From contig NIVC01002780.1 in the NCBI GenBank assembly GCA_002269645.1, forward strand, positions 77,044 to 141,043: a DNA stretch of 64,000 nucleotides, in the 5' to 3' direction. Positions 52,906 to 64,000 of the stretch are shown here, in pieces. The notes under the pieces were generated by a model, which worked only from the letters and a program-made list of their open reading frames with translations, was not told the DNA's origin and searched no databases. Position 1 is the first letter of the stretch, and the number at the start of each line of letters is the position of its first letter. This DNA is from Macrostomum lignano. Its lineage: Eukaryota. The translations under genes and the position numbers were made by a program.

Positions 52906-55900
52906 GAAGAGACACAAACCTTGAGCGGGCCGGATTTTCCAATCCCTGATCTATTTTCCATCACATTCGATGGTGGATAAATATATTTATCAGCACTTTG
53001 TATTATCTCGACTGTACCATGTGAGCAAACTATTATTTATTAAAATTTGTCAACTACAAGCACAGAAGCAACAAGCAGAAGCAACAACAAATCTGCAGCA
53101 ATATATCAAAACAACATCAGCTTCACCGCCCTCCATCAGGCGTGGTCGCATTTACTGTTGTAATTTTTTTTCTGATTTTATGCTTCTTTCAACTCTCGTC
53201 CGCTTTCAGTTTCTGCTTACAGAGGTTTATAAAACTTGTCAAATTGTCGAAGCCAGTGCGGCTTTGTGTAGTTAACCCCCCCCCCCCCACATACCCAATA
53301 AGTTGGCTATCAATAAATGCCGTGCTGTCTACCTGTATACTGTCAGAATGAGCAGTGGAAATAATAGTTGGCGTTCGGCCCGATCCCTCATTATTATTAT
53401 AATTATCGAATCAGCCATTTATTTATTGATACCCCAATCGTTTGAAATTCCAATTTGTAAGCTGCTAAGTTTGTGTTTGATTTTCTCATTCTGTTATTTA
53501 ATTACTATCAATAATTATTCTCAATCACCCCCCACTCACCCAGAAGGTAATTGATGGTAATTAATGTCTTTCCTGTTTGAGGAGCCAATTAACTATTTCT
53601 CTCGCTCTATATTTGTGTTTCATTCATATTATTAATGCTTTGCCGTGGACTGGTGATGTGGTTTATGCAATATTTATTATATTATTATGTAATATTCGGT
53701 ACAAAAATTTCTGTTGCACCAGCCTCCTTGTCTGTTTTGGGCGATGCGCTCATCACTTGAATATATTCAGCTTAGAGTAGCCCCCTGCTTGTGCTCTTTT
53801 CAAGTACATATATATATTATATCCATAATTATCAACAAGTGTAGTATCTAAAGTCCTGAATTGTAAATTTATTTGTTAATAAATACACTGAGAAAACAAG
53901 AATGAAAAACACCGTAACCTTTTTGGTCATTCACACATAAACAAGCAAAACCCAAGTTTTATGCTGAAAAAAAGCAATTAATTATCGGAAAGAACCATCT
54001 TATTGATAAAAAATGACGTCCAGATAGCCTGGTGTTAAGTCAGCTTTCTTTGTTTTAAAGTGCATTTTTATTTGACGAATGAATCTACTTTCTATCTACT
54101 ACTATGCTGCCATCAAACCAGTAGCTAACATGTATGTTGCAACTTTTTATACAGAATATCGCGTAATTTTTAACCAAAGTGTCTGGGCAGGCCGGATCAC
54201 GTGACTGTCTAAATTGAACTTTTCGGTTAGAGCTGCAATAGTACTCGTAAATATTGATCTCTTATCTCGAAGTCCCGTGGCATTAAAGTGCGCTGCGACA
54301 GTGGGGCGCTGCGTACATCTATTAGCCTTGTATATTTGAAGGCCAACAAGCGACATGTGATACTGCTATGATGACTGTCCTACAGTACTGTTTACAGCTA
54401 TCATTTCTACTGTTCGAGGATCTTTTAAAGTTTTACTTGGCTGTCTGTACTGTACTGTGGTGTCTAAGGCTGTACCACACTGTAGGGTACTGGATGTTCT
54501 CTACTGTGTCTACTGTCTCTATTCTGTAGAATCATGGTACCAGACTGTCTGTAGGGTTACTGGATGTCTCAATACAATACTTCATAATGGTACCAGACTG
54601 TCTGTATGGTAACTGGGTGGGCTCTGCAGAATAGGGAAGGCTACCAGAGTGTCTGTGGGTGCTGGCCCTGCTGGGTGTCTCTAGAAGGGTGGCAAATTCT
54701 CAAAAGGGCACCAGGGGTGTTCAAATTGGTTGATAAATGGTAAATGGGATGATAAATGGTTGTCGGAGTCAGATGCTACGAGGTATATCATGACCTTTAG
54801 TTCAACACGCGCAGTTCATACATACAAAGAATGCATGTAGGCAAGACTCCCCCGCTGCAATTCGTATTTTGTGAAAGCTACTATACGAGCTACATTCGAC
54901 TTTTGAACCAATGCACTCGGCTTCTTATTAGTACATTAATTTGTATAGACTTCTTGTACTTATGTGGTCTCGGGTCGGGACTTGCGCATTTTAGCCATAG
55001 AATTTTACAGCCAGAGTATACTTGTAGTAAGGCAAGTGCACTTGATAACCCCATCGTTAAATACATGCGGACGAGAAATTCTTAATAGAGTAGCTCTATT
55101 TCAAGCTACAAAACATAAAAAATGCGATTGCTTATTTAATCGTTAAAAATTGTACTATTCTGAGCCTGGAATGTGTTGTCTATGGTAATTTTGACAAAAA
55201 CTAGGATATTATATCATACAATCGAAATCAGGAGCAATCGAATTTCATATATGATAAACGCCGTTTATCACAGTCTATGGTTAGAATGTGAATTAAACGG
55301 CGTTTATCATGTACTTCTTAAACTTGTCACGAATCAGTTGTCTATGGCCGAAAAGAAAAGTCAAACATACCATATCATTAAGAAGTACAGTATGACTGTT
55401 TGACTGCCAAGACAGACTTGGACCCTCGAGGCCTTAGGCAGGAAAGTTTCACTCTTGTCTATGGCTAAAACTTTGCCGCCCTTGATCTTATGTACTTTAT
55501 ATAGATAAGTTTTTGTATCACGTGTCTGGTTGTCTCACTTATTTTTGGGACTGTTTATTAGTACATTAATATTTAATGTATTCAATATATGATTTAAATT
55601 TCATTAATATTGGTTTGTTTAATTCAATCAATGTCAACTTGGAGCATTTGTACTTGTAAATCAATTTCTATTGAATATTTGAGCCTAGAAAGTAAGATCG
55701 CATCTACAACAGTTTCCCACCAATTTAGACGATTCCTTACCAGTTGTCTGTTTAATTTTAAACCGGTTTTAATTTTTATTTAAACAACATAACACACAAA
55801 AGCATGTATATGCTTTTCTTCTTTAAAGTTCACAACGTCATTTTTATATTTGATAAAAACATCCCTAACAATGCTTTTTTAAGTCAGTTCACTTATGTTT

Positions 55901-56885
55901 TCGTTGATTTGGTGGTGTCTGTCTGTTTTTTCACCTTTTCTGTAACAAAACAATTTGTCATTAACAATTGTTGCTTAGGTTTGTTTGGCCGTGTACAGTC
56001 AGTGCCAGCCCGTGTGCGACGACCGCCACTAATTGGGCTGAGTCACTAAAGTACATTTTAAAGTAAGTAGTTCTTATCTCATTAATTATCGATTGCTATT
56101 GACCATCATTGCTTTCAATTTTTATCTCAATTAGGACTCAAAAGCCGGGGGGGGGCAAGACAAGACAGAGTCGGTGCTTCTGAAGTTCTGCCGTGATTTC
56201 AAATCAAATAGGATGCGAGGCTCATGGATTGTTTACTCACTCGTATAGAGTCGTATACTCAGTCAGTACAGTAGATTAAATGTCTAGATGACTGGACCCC
56301 GGTTAGTGTGAATGTACTTTTAAAATTGTAAAGCTGAATTTTGCACTTGCAGTTGCGCATGGGCCACTATCGTTCTTTTTAATGAAGTACAATGGAACTG
56401 ATAAAAAATGATTCGAATAGAGTTCTCTGTATACCGAGAAAAAATATGATTAATGTGTTTATTCTGCTGCTGCACAGCACAGTACTTAATTTGCCCTCTA
56501 TTTGTGAATTTAGCTAATTTCATTTAAACCTTCGCAACGCAGAATGAATTCTATAAAGTTCTCTTAGTTTACTTGAAGTGCACTTGACAGCCACCCCACG
56601 ACTTGGTCTGGCTGCGCGATTTCAAGACGGCAAGCAGGGTATTGAAGTTCAGAGTCCAATCTGAACGGCTAAATAGATCCAGTAAATTCAGGCCCAGAAA
56701 GGACGAAAATATGATAGAAAGCAAGTAGCTAATAACTCGTTTTCGTTCCATTGGCATTTTTTAGGACTTCAGGACTTCAGGAAGAGGCGCCGTCTCGCTA
56801 ATTCAGACGGAGTGTGGAAGCATTTGTGTTAAGACGGACCGGCGCCCCATTCGTTCTTTTCGTTCCTCAACTTTCCCAGGACCAG

Positions 56886-56948
56886 CCAATAAAGCGGCTT
56901 GCGCCGGTTAAAGTTCACTTGGCCCTGATTCAGTGCAAGGGTATAAAA
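56886..56948 (+). promoter_or_regulatory. Candidate CCAAT + TATA promoter of the NR0B-like gene
   Basis: CCAAT at 56886-56890 and TATAAAA at 56942-56948; downstream donor AA|gtaagt at 57307 and acceptor ctctcatag at 57980. Confidence 0.4.
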
Positions 56949-57994
56949 TGTATTTTCTCTCTCCCCTTCAAGCCTGCCCATGCCCAACACAGAAAGACGC
57001 CGCCAACCCCCCTTAACTTTCAGCCAACCCAAAGCCGCCGCTGTATTTTCGTCACAATAATAAGTGCGCGCCCCCCATTTCCAGTCCAAGCCTTACCCGG
57101 TTTCTCCGTAAATACGAGAAGAAAACTTGTTTTCTTGGCGTTCCAAGGTCCAAATCCAGTGTAAGCTACACATATATCTCACTGCTTTACAAACTCAGCG
57201 TTCTCCTTATTTTTAGCAACTTTTAACAATCCAAGTATAGCAACACAGTTATGATGGTGTACGGACACCCGGCATCTGCTACGGATGGAGCATACTTCCT
57301 GCAAAAGTAAGTTTCTTTTCTTCTCCCTTCTTATCGGTTATCGTTATCGTATCAGTATACTTTTGAAGGTTTCTCTCACTTGGTGAGAACCGAGAAATGT
57401 TCCGCTATTTCCTTAAGTTCCTCGTTTCCTCCTTTTCCAAGTTCAGTTGTCCTTTTATTTTGCTGTCTGTGCTTTTTTTAGACATACTCTCCACCCCGTT
57501 GTAGGGAGGAGTGAGAGGGGGAAGAAATATAGAGGGCAAAAAAGGTCTTTGTTGGCCCTGATTCCCACACCCCCGTCCTTTACTTCTCTCAACCCCCGTC
57601 CCCTCAACCCCCCAAATTTGGGGCCCCATCAGCCCTCCACTCACTGACACCGAGCCGTGTTTACGGTTATTGGACTGGGAAACTGGTGAGGTGGGGGTGG
57701 GGTAGACTAAACTTTGTTCGAACCACCCCAACAAAGACTCCAAGTAAAGTATATCCGTGTCCCAAAAGTCGGCCTCCCAGTGGCGCCTCCCAGGACCCCC
57801 AGTCTGTGCTAGAAGGTACATTGGAAGGCCTAGATAGATATAGTTCGAATTTCCTGCCCAGGCCTTCCAGCTCCACTTTTGCGCTCCCAGCGCCCTCCCC
57901 TTACCCAAGAAAAGTATCAATGACTTGTCCTCGGTCTGGGAGACCTGACTTAAATTAAATAGCGGGGGGCGCTCTCATAGTCCAAAACTGAATC

Positions 57995-60455
57995 ATGTCG
58001 CCAGACAGCCCCCTGCCGGCCTCCGCCTGTCTAGCCAGCCAAATGCAGCAGCTCGGCACCACCATTTTCAGCTTTCTCTCCTCAGTGAAGCACCCGCCCG
58101 ATGAGGCCTCGCCGCCACAGTTCTTCGTCAGCAATTTCAACGGCTTGGCCCATCCGGCTATCGAACCGTTGATGCCCGCCACTCCGATGCCCCCGGCTCC
58201 GGCCGCTTCAGCCGGCGCTCCTCCAGCAGTGACCGGTGGCGGAGGCAGCGGATTTCTGTACAACCTGCTCACCGCGCGCGACGCCTCCGCTGTACAGCAG
58301 CGCAGCGCCTTCCACGCTGGCTGCGGCGGAGCCTCGCCGGCCCCGACGACTTCCAACGCTGCTGCTGCCGCCGCCGCCGCCTCCGCCGCACCAATGAACG
58401 CCGCTGCTGCCGACTTCCCGCGCCGATCCAACTCCATGGGCAATCCGACCACGCGCCGTGGCAGCGCCCACCTGCTGCCGCCGCCGCCTCCAGCCCTGCA
58501 GCCTCGGCAGCACCAGCCGCAGGGCCAGCAGCTAGCCGGTGGACGACCCTCCTCGGTGCCGCGCGGTTTTAACGCCGCCGCAGCCGCCGCAGCAGCGACC
58601 TCAGCCTACAGCGGCCTGTCGCCGTCGACCTCGTCGCCAAGCGCCTGCGGCTTCACCTCCTCCGAGGAGCCGCTAGACCTCAGCAGCAGCATGCGAGCAA
58701 TGGCTGCGCAAGAGCACCAGCTGGCCATGATGGGCGGGGACGCTGACAGCAGCATGGGCTCGCCGCCGGACCAGCAGCCGATGCTGCGCACCATCTTGAG
58801 CCAGGCGGCGCACCGCTACCAGACCCAGCTGCAGCCTGTCCAGCTGGCCAAGAAGAACGTCATGGTAGCGCAGTCGCACGTGTCCGACTGGCTGCGCAAA
58901 GGCTCCGAACTGGTGCACACCAATGCTGCACTGTTCGGCGCCCTGGACCGGCCTGCCCAGGCTGCTCTGCTGTGCCGAGCCTGGCCAAGCATCATCCAGT
59001 TGTACATGCTGGAGAACAGCTTCCACTTTGCTGTCACTCCCTGCTCGCACGAACTGGCAGAGGAGCAGCTTAACCAGAATAGCGGCGGCGGCCGCTTGCC
59101 AACTAAGAAGTTCGCCGAAGATCTTCAGCGACTCATCTCGACCGCATCGGCAATTCCGTTTGACAATATGACCTACAATCTGTTGAGACTGGCCGCCATC
59201 TTCAAGCGTGAGTCAACTGTTCGATAATTTGTCCTATACGGTGCATTGGAACCTTTAGTCAGGGAGTGCGGGTGATTCATTGCATTCGCTCGCTCACTCA
59301 CGCGCTCGCCCTGTGCCCCTCTCTGCCTTGGCCCCCCTCCCCCTTAGCCTTAAATTGCGCCTTAGTCACCCTGTGTCTCCCTCCTGTTCCTCTTAAATTA
59401 ATTTCATTTAAGTCCCTAGCGCCACTCATACCGATGGATCGCTAGTTTGAGAGAGTAGAAGTATGCGCGGGGGGGTTGCAGTAAGAAAAGAGTCTTGTTG
59501 TGTAATGCGAAATGTGTAATATGCCACATTTGCTACACATGCGCACGCCACACCACGCGCACGCTTGCGTGTTCTCTCCTCTTGTCCTCCAGGCTTTGCC
59601 TCACCCCTGCCCTGCTCCGCAACACTCGCTCGCTCACTCACTCAGCAACCCCCCCCTCCCTCCGCCCCTCTGTGAGGAGAGGAGGTCACTCACGTGTCTC
59701 CAGCGCACAACCTCAAATCCTGTTTTCCCAGGCAGCATAGCCCATTATTGCACTTTACTTGTGCTATAAGCCAGTGTTGCCTATTCCTTTCCTGTTCAAC
59801 CAACCCAGGGGTGGGGGTGGTCGTTTAAGCCCTCCTCCCGTCCTTCCCCATGGCTTAGTCAGCGCATTGCGTATTGCCTGGGAGAGAGAGAGAGGGCTGA
59901 CTCACCACTCAGCACCCCCCGGGGGAATTGGCCGGGTCTCGATTTGACCGCTGCGTGAACTTGCTTCGAACTTTATTTTAGCAGCGATTGGGGGAATACC
60001 CCCCCCCTCTTCCCCAACCTCTCTTACACACCCAGTTCGCGTGCCCGTTTTCCCAACATAATTGAGCAAAGGCTATTTTTGGAACTAGAAAAAATCCCCA
60101 CAATCTTTAATTTCACATAGCGCTGCCGTACCCAGCCAGCTAATTGAGGGGGCAGAAAGAAGCCGAACTAGCAATGCAATCCGATGCTATGCAAAGTTGA
60201 CATTTTCAAAACTCGTCATTAAATTTTTCAGCCGAATCAGCGCACGAGATTCACCTGCACGAGGTTCAAGAGGAGATTATGAAACACGTGCTGCGCCACT
60301 TGGAGATGAAGGGCATGGCCAGGCACACCAAGGACGCCGTTGCTATGCTGCAGGCGGTCTCAGCAACAGACAAGGACATGCTGGAGAACCTGTTCTGCAG
60401 GCATCTGCTCAGCTTGTCTGTTGACGAGTTCATCAAGACCAAACTCGGCTGCTAG
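57995..60455 (+). CDS. Nuclear receptor lacking a DNA-binding domain, NR0B (DAX-1/SHP)-like, ~478 aa
   Basis: Exons 57995-59207 and 60232-60455 (phase 1). LBD signature FGALDRPAQAALLCRAWPSIIQLYMLE, ..YNLLRLAAIFKP, C-terminal MLENLFCRHLLSLSVDEFIK. N-terminal GSGFLYNLLT and MLRTILS resemble NR0B LxxLL boxes. No C4 zinc finger is present. Confidence 0.8.
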
Positions 60456-61927
60456 CACTGACTGGTAGCCCCTCCTGACCTTCATTTAGACACCAGCCAA
60501 GGTCTCCAAGCCGAGCAAAGACTTCATTTGGATAAAAAAAAGAAGTAAAAGTTGACTCAGGCGAATATTTTGTTAAAAAAAAATTGGTTATAATAAAGTG
60601 CAAATATTTGAATTCCTCCTGATAAGATAATGGATTCCGTCAATCACAACTGATCCCCGAGTGTTCGCTGTATTTTCCCTCATAATGTTGTGTGCTGTAC
60701 TTTTTTTTACAAGAGCCCATCATAAAGCTTAAATTAAGCCCCCTGTCGCGTGCGTTTCATAGCCCGGTTACAAACGCCTCTATCCGTGTTTTTCTCATTC
60801 AAACTTATTAAAGCCGTTCGCGCTGTTGTTTTATTGCGTGGTTTTTTGTAACTTTCCGTGCTATAACTATAATTTGGTATTTTTATTGAATTAATTAATA
60901 TTTCTGTAATCCGGTCTGGTTACTAACCTAGCTCAAGCACTACTCGGACTTTTCTGTGTTAAGAAAAGCAGGTTTTGAATTTTGAATTTTTAAAAGTACA
61001 TAGTTTTGTGTTTATAACAATAATAATGTTAATTAATTTCAATTGTCTGCATTTTTTGAGTTTATAGTGCGTGTGTGTCTCTTACTCTGTAAAATTTCCT
61101 AGCTGAATTTTTGCACCTCGTCAAGTATTGTTTTGTATTCAAGGCTAATGTCTACTCGGTACCTGCTTATACATTTCAATTTTTTTTATATACCGCTAAT
61201 TCAGAGCGAGCTGTTCTCCTGCTTTTGCTAGGTCTTTTGGAGCAGAAAAATGTATTGTTTTGTTGGCAATTCACTCTTATCACACATTTGTGCACAGACA
61301 TCCGACACTGTTGATTTCTTTGTTGTTGTTGCTGTTGTTGTCTCGCTTTGTGTTTCCCGAGTTAAACAACAAAAAACACATCTTGCGTCAAAAAACAACC
61401 ATTTGCTTAGTTTGCTTTGTTGTTTGTTTATTATTAGTTTTGTTTCCTCGTAGTTTGTTGTTGTCAAACGCTCTTGTGTACTTTTGAAATAGACGCGCGC
61501 TGTTGAAAATTCAGTCAGTATAAACTCATTAAATTGACGCTTCTTTGATATGTTTCTATTGATTCGTACGGTATAAGCAGGTCCGGCCATAGACAAAATC
61601 TAAGCAAACATTACTGTCTATAAGACTAGCTTTTACCATAGACGACAACACGCGGCAGAATAAATAAGAGTGCATGCACTCTATGGAGGCAAATGAAACA
61701 GGCATGTACCATAGACTATCTCAACAGGGAATTCAATATTCATCTGGAAAAGTCCGTTTGGTAAATTCTGTATTGCGTCTTTTACTAGCTTTAACTGCCA
61801 TGTGAAAGTCAGTAGAGAACAAATGCACAGTTGTGTGTGTGCATCTGGCCTTGTGACTGCCAACTGCATCCAGATGCGTCCTTCCTTTTGACAGGGGCGT
61901 TGCTTTTGAGCCCCATACATGTATGAC

Positions 61928-62325
61928 AGACATGACCCCTCAGACCGACATGATTCCCAGACCGACATGATTTTCAGACCGACATTATTCCCAGACCGAC
62001 ATGATTCCCAGACCGACATGATTCCCAGACCGACATGATTCCCAGACCGACATGATTCCCAGACCGACATGATTCCCAGACCGAAATGATTCCCAGACCG
62101 ACATGATTCCCAGACCGACATGATTCCCAGACCGACATGATTCCCAGACCGAAATGATTCCCAGACCGACATGATTCCCAGACCGACATGATTCCCAGAC
62201 CGACATGACAAACCGACACGACCCCCAGACCGACATAATCCCCAGACCGACACAGACATGATCCCCAGACCGACATGACCCCCAGACCGGTATAAACTCC
62301 CAGACCGACATGATCCCCAGACCGC
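61928..62325. repeat. 17-bp minisatellite (GACATGATTCCCAGACC)n, ~22 copies
   Basis: Direct periodicity. Confidence 0.95.
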
Positions 62326-63124
62326 TTTTATCCACTGTCATGTCGGTTATCCGTACACGCCTTTCGTGTGTTTATTGTTCAAAAAAGAACTTTATTAGTT
62401 TAGTACGAATAAATACGAGTATAGAAATCTCTCAATCCAGTCTAGCCAGTTTTTTGGTGTTGCGCTTCGCTCAACTATGCGTAAATGTAGTACGTAAACA
62501 AATAAATGCATGCTAAAATGCAAGCAAGACAAATGGAATTCGTACATGAATACTTCGTACTTCGTACATTAGTCTGTATTTTTGCTTGAAAATTACTCCA
62601 CACCGAGACAGTTCGTGTATCTGGGTACTAGTCAGGGACTTCTAGACTAATAGCTTCTATATAGTTTGAGTATAACTGTAGTGTGGCTGTCATAGCTGAT
62701 ATATTGTATATCAGGTTTATGGTTACCGCTTTGCGGGTGGCACAACCCCATTACTGGATTCGCATTCGACTTATAATTAAATCAAAACTGCCTCACTGCA
62801 CACTGAACAATCGCTGCCCCGTGGGTGCCAAGTCCAACTCTTAAATCTGTCTAGTACGTATAATACAGTAATGCTTGCTTATTTTGCTTGCGGGCTTAAG
62901 CAAACAATGGCCGGTCCTGTCTCCTGCATTTGTACTCGGCTTACTATTCTGCATCTAGAGTTAAAAACTCAATCATGTATGCAAGCCGATGCACCAGTCT
63001 TTGCTGCCTCAGCTCTCAGCTCTTTTGCAAGGCCGGGGCAGCTCCATCACTGTCTGCATTCTTCTGTTTCTATTTTGATTTGCCTTGTGCGTCTGTCATC
63101 TGTCGCGGTCCGATTGACAGCAGC

Positions 63125-63350
63125 CTCTTCCACCCTCTTTCTCACCCTCTCTCTCAATCTCTCTCACCCACCCTCTCTAATCCTCCCCTTTCTCTCTCAT
63201 CCTATCTCTTACCCCGTCTCTCAACCTACCTTTCACCCTCCCCTACCTCTCTCTTACCTCCTCTTTCTCACCCTTTCCCTCACTCTCTCTCTCTTCACCC
63301 TCTCTCTCTTACCCTCTCTCTCATTCCCTCTCTCAGCCTCTATCTCAGTA
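63125..63350. repeat. CT-rich low-complexity tract
   Basis: Pyrimidine-dominated stretch. Confidence 0.7.
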
Positions 63351-64000
63351 TTCTGCATAGATCTCTGTAGCTACCCACTGTACCTCCGAATCAGACTGCC
63401 TAGGAGTATTAGGAGAAACGCGTACGAATTATTGGAATATTAAAGTGCTTGCGATAAAAATGATTTTAGAAGTGAAGAAGATCTTCTAATAGAGAGCAAA
63501 CGATACTGCATGATACTTCAAAGAACTCTAAAAGAAGTAAATAAACTGCCAGCCCCACCGCCTTCTCTATCTTTGGCGCACGCCCAGTCCAAATACAATT
63601 TCTGACTAAACTTGTATATTACGTAATCGCCTTTTTTCAAACTCCAGCCAGCCCTGCAGCTAAGAGCGGACTTAAACGAAGGGTTATGTGGTAGGGCAAC
63701 TGTCACTGTATCTGTGCGGGGCTGGTCTCGGACAGCAAGTTATTAGTTAGGGCTTGGAATTTTCCAACCGGCCGCGGCCTGATCGATGCCAAAATTGCAG
63801 CCAGCTCTCTTGGGGCGTACAGAGAGAGAGAGAGAGAGAGTATCTGAGGGCTAAGGGTTCGCTTGATGAGGGCAAGAGCGGTTTGCCCTCCGCTGAGTCA
63901 CCCTCATTTGGACAGGGAGGGCAGAAATTGGGGTTACGTAACCTTTCTTTTACGGGTGCAATACTATTATGCAATCCAGGGGGCCCAAGCTACATAGTGC

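Noticed and set aside
52243-52917. 224-aa hydrophobic ORF on minus
   Set aside because: Reverse translation of the 19-bp purine-rich minisatellite.

Overview
Eukaryotic, intron-containing animal DNA. GC- and Ala-rich exons plus dense intronic minisatellites resemble a Macrostomum-type flatworm genome (inference only). Four protein-coding genes were reconstructed by hand from splice sites and reading frames. (1) A PTB/PTBP four-RRM splicing regulator on + (~573-14445) that keeps the 34-nt exon whose skipping causes NMD in vertebrate PTBP1/2. (2) IFT80 on - (20048-17227, 3 coding exons). (3) A TRIP12/Ufd4-type ARM-WWE-HECT ubiquitin ligase on +, whose disordered N-terminus lies in small exons far upstream (29729-51344, ~1973 aa). 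(4) A nuclear receptor with no DNA-binding domain, NR0B/DAX-1/SHP-like, on + (57995-60455), with LxxLL-type and PLDLS motifs. Non-coding content: two tRNA-headed CORE-SINE copies, several MITEs, a decayed hAT transposase inside a multi-kb CpG-free block, about 15 distinct mini/microsatellite arrays, and a 380-bp direct repeat enclosing a tandem structured-RNA-like motif. Most ORFs in the supplied track are repeat-derived or antisense shadows. All coordinates and counts were read by eye; no searches were run.
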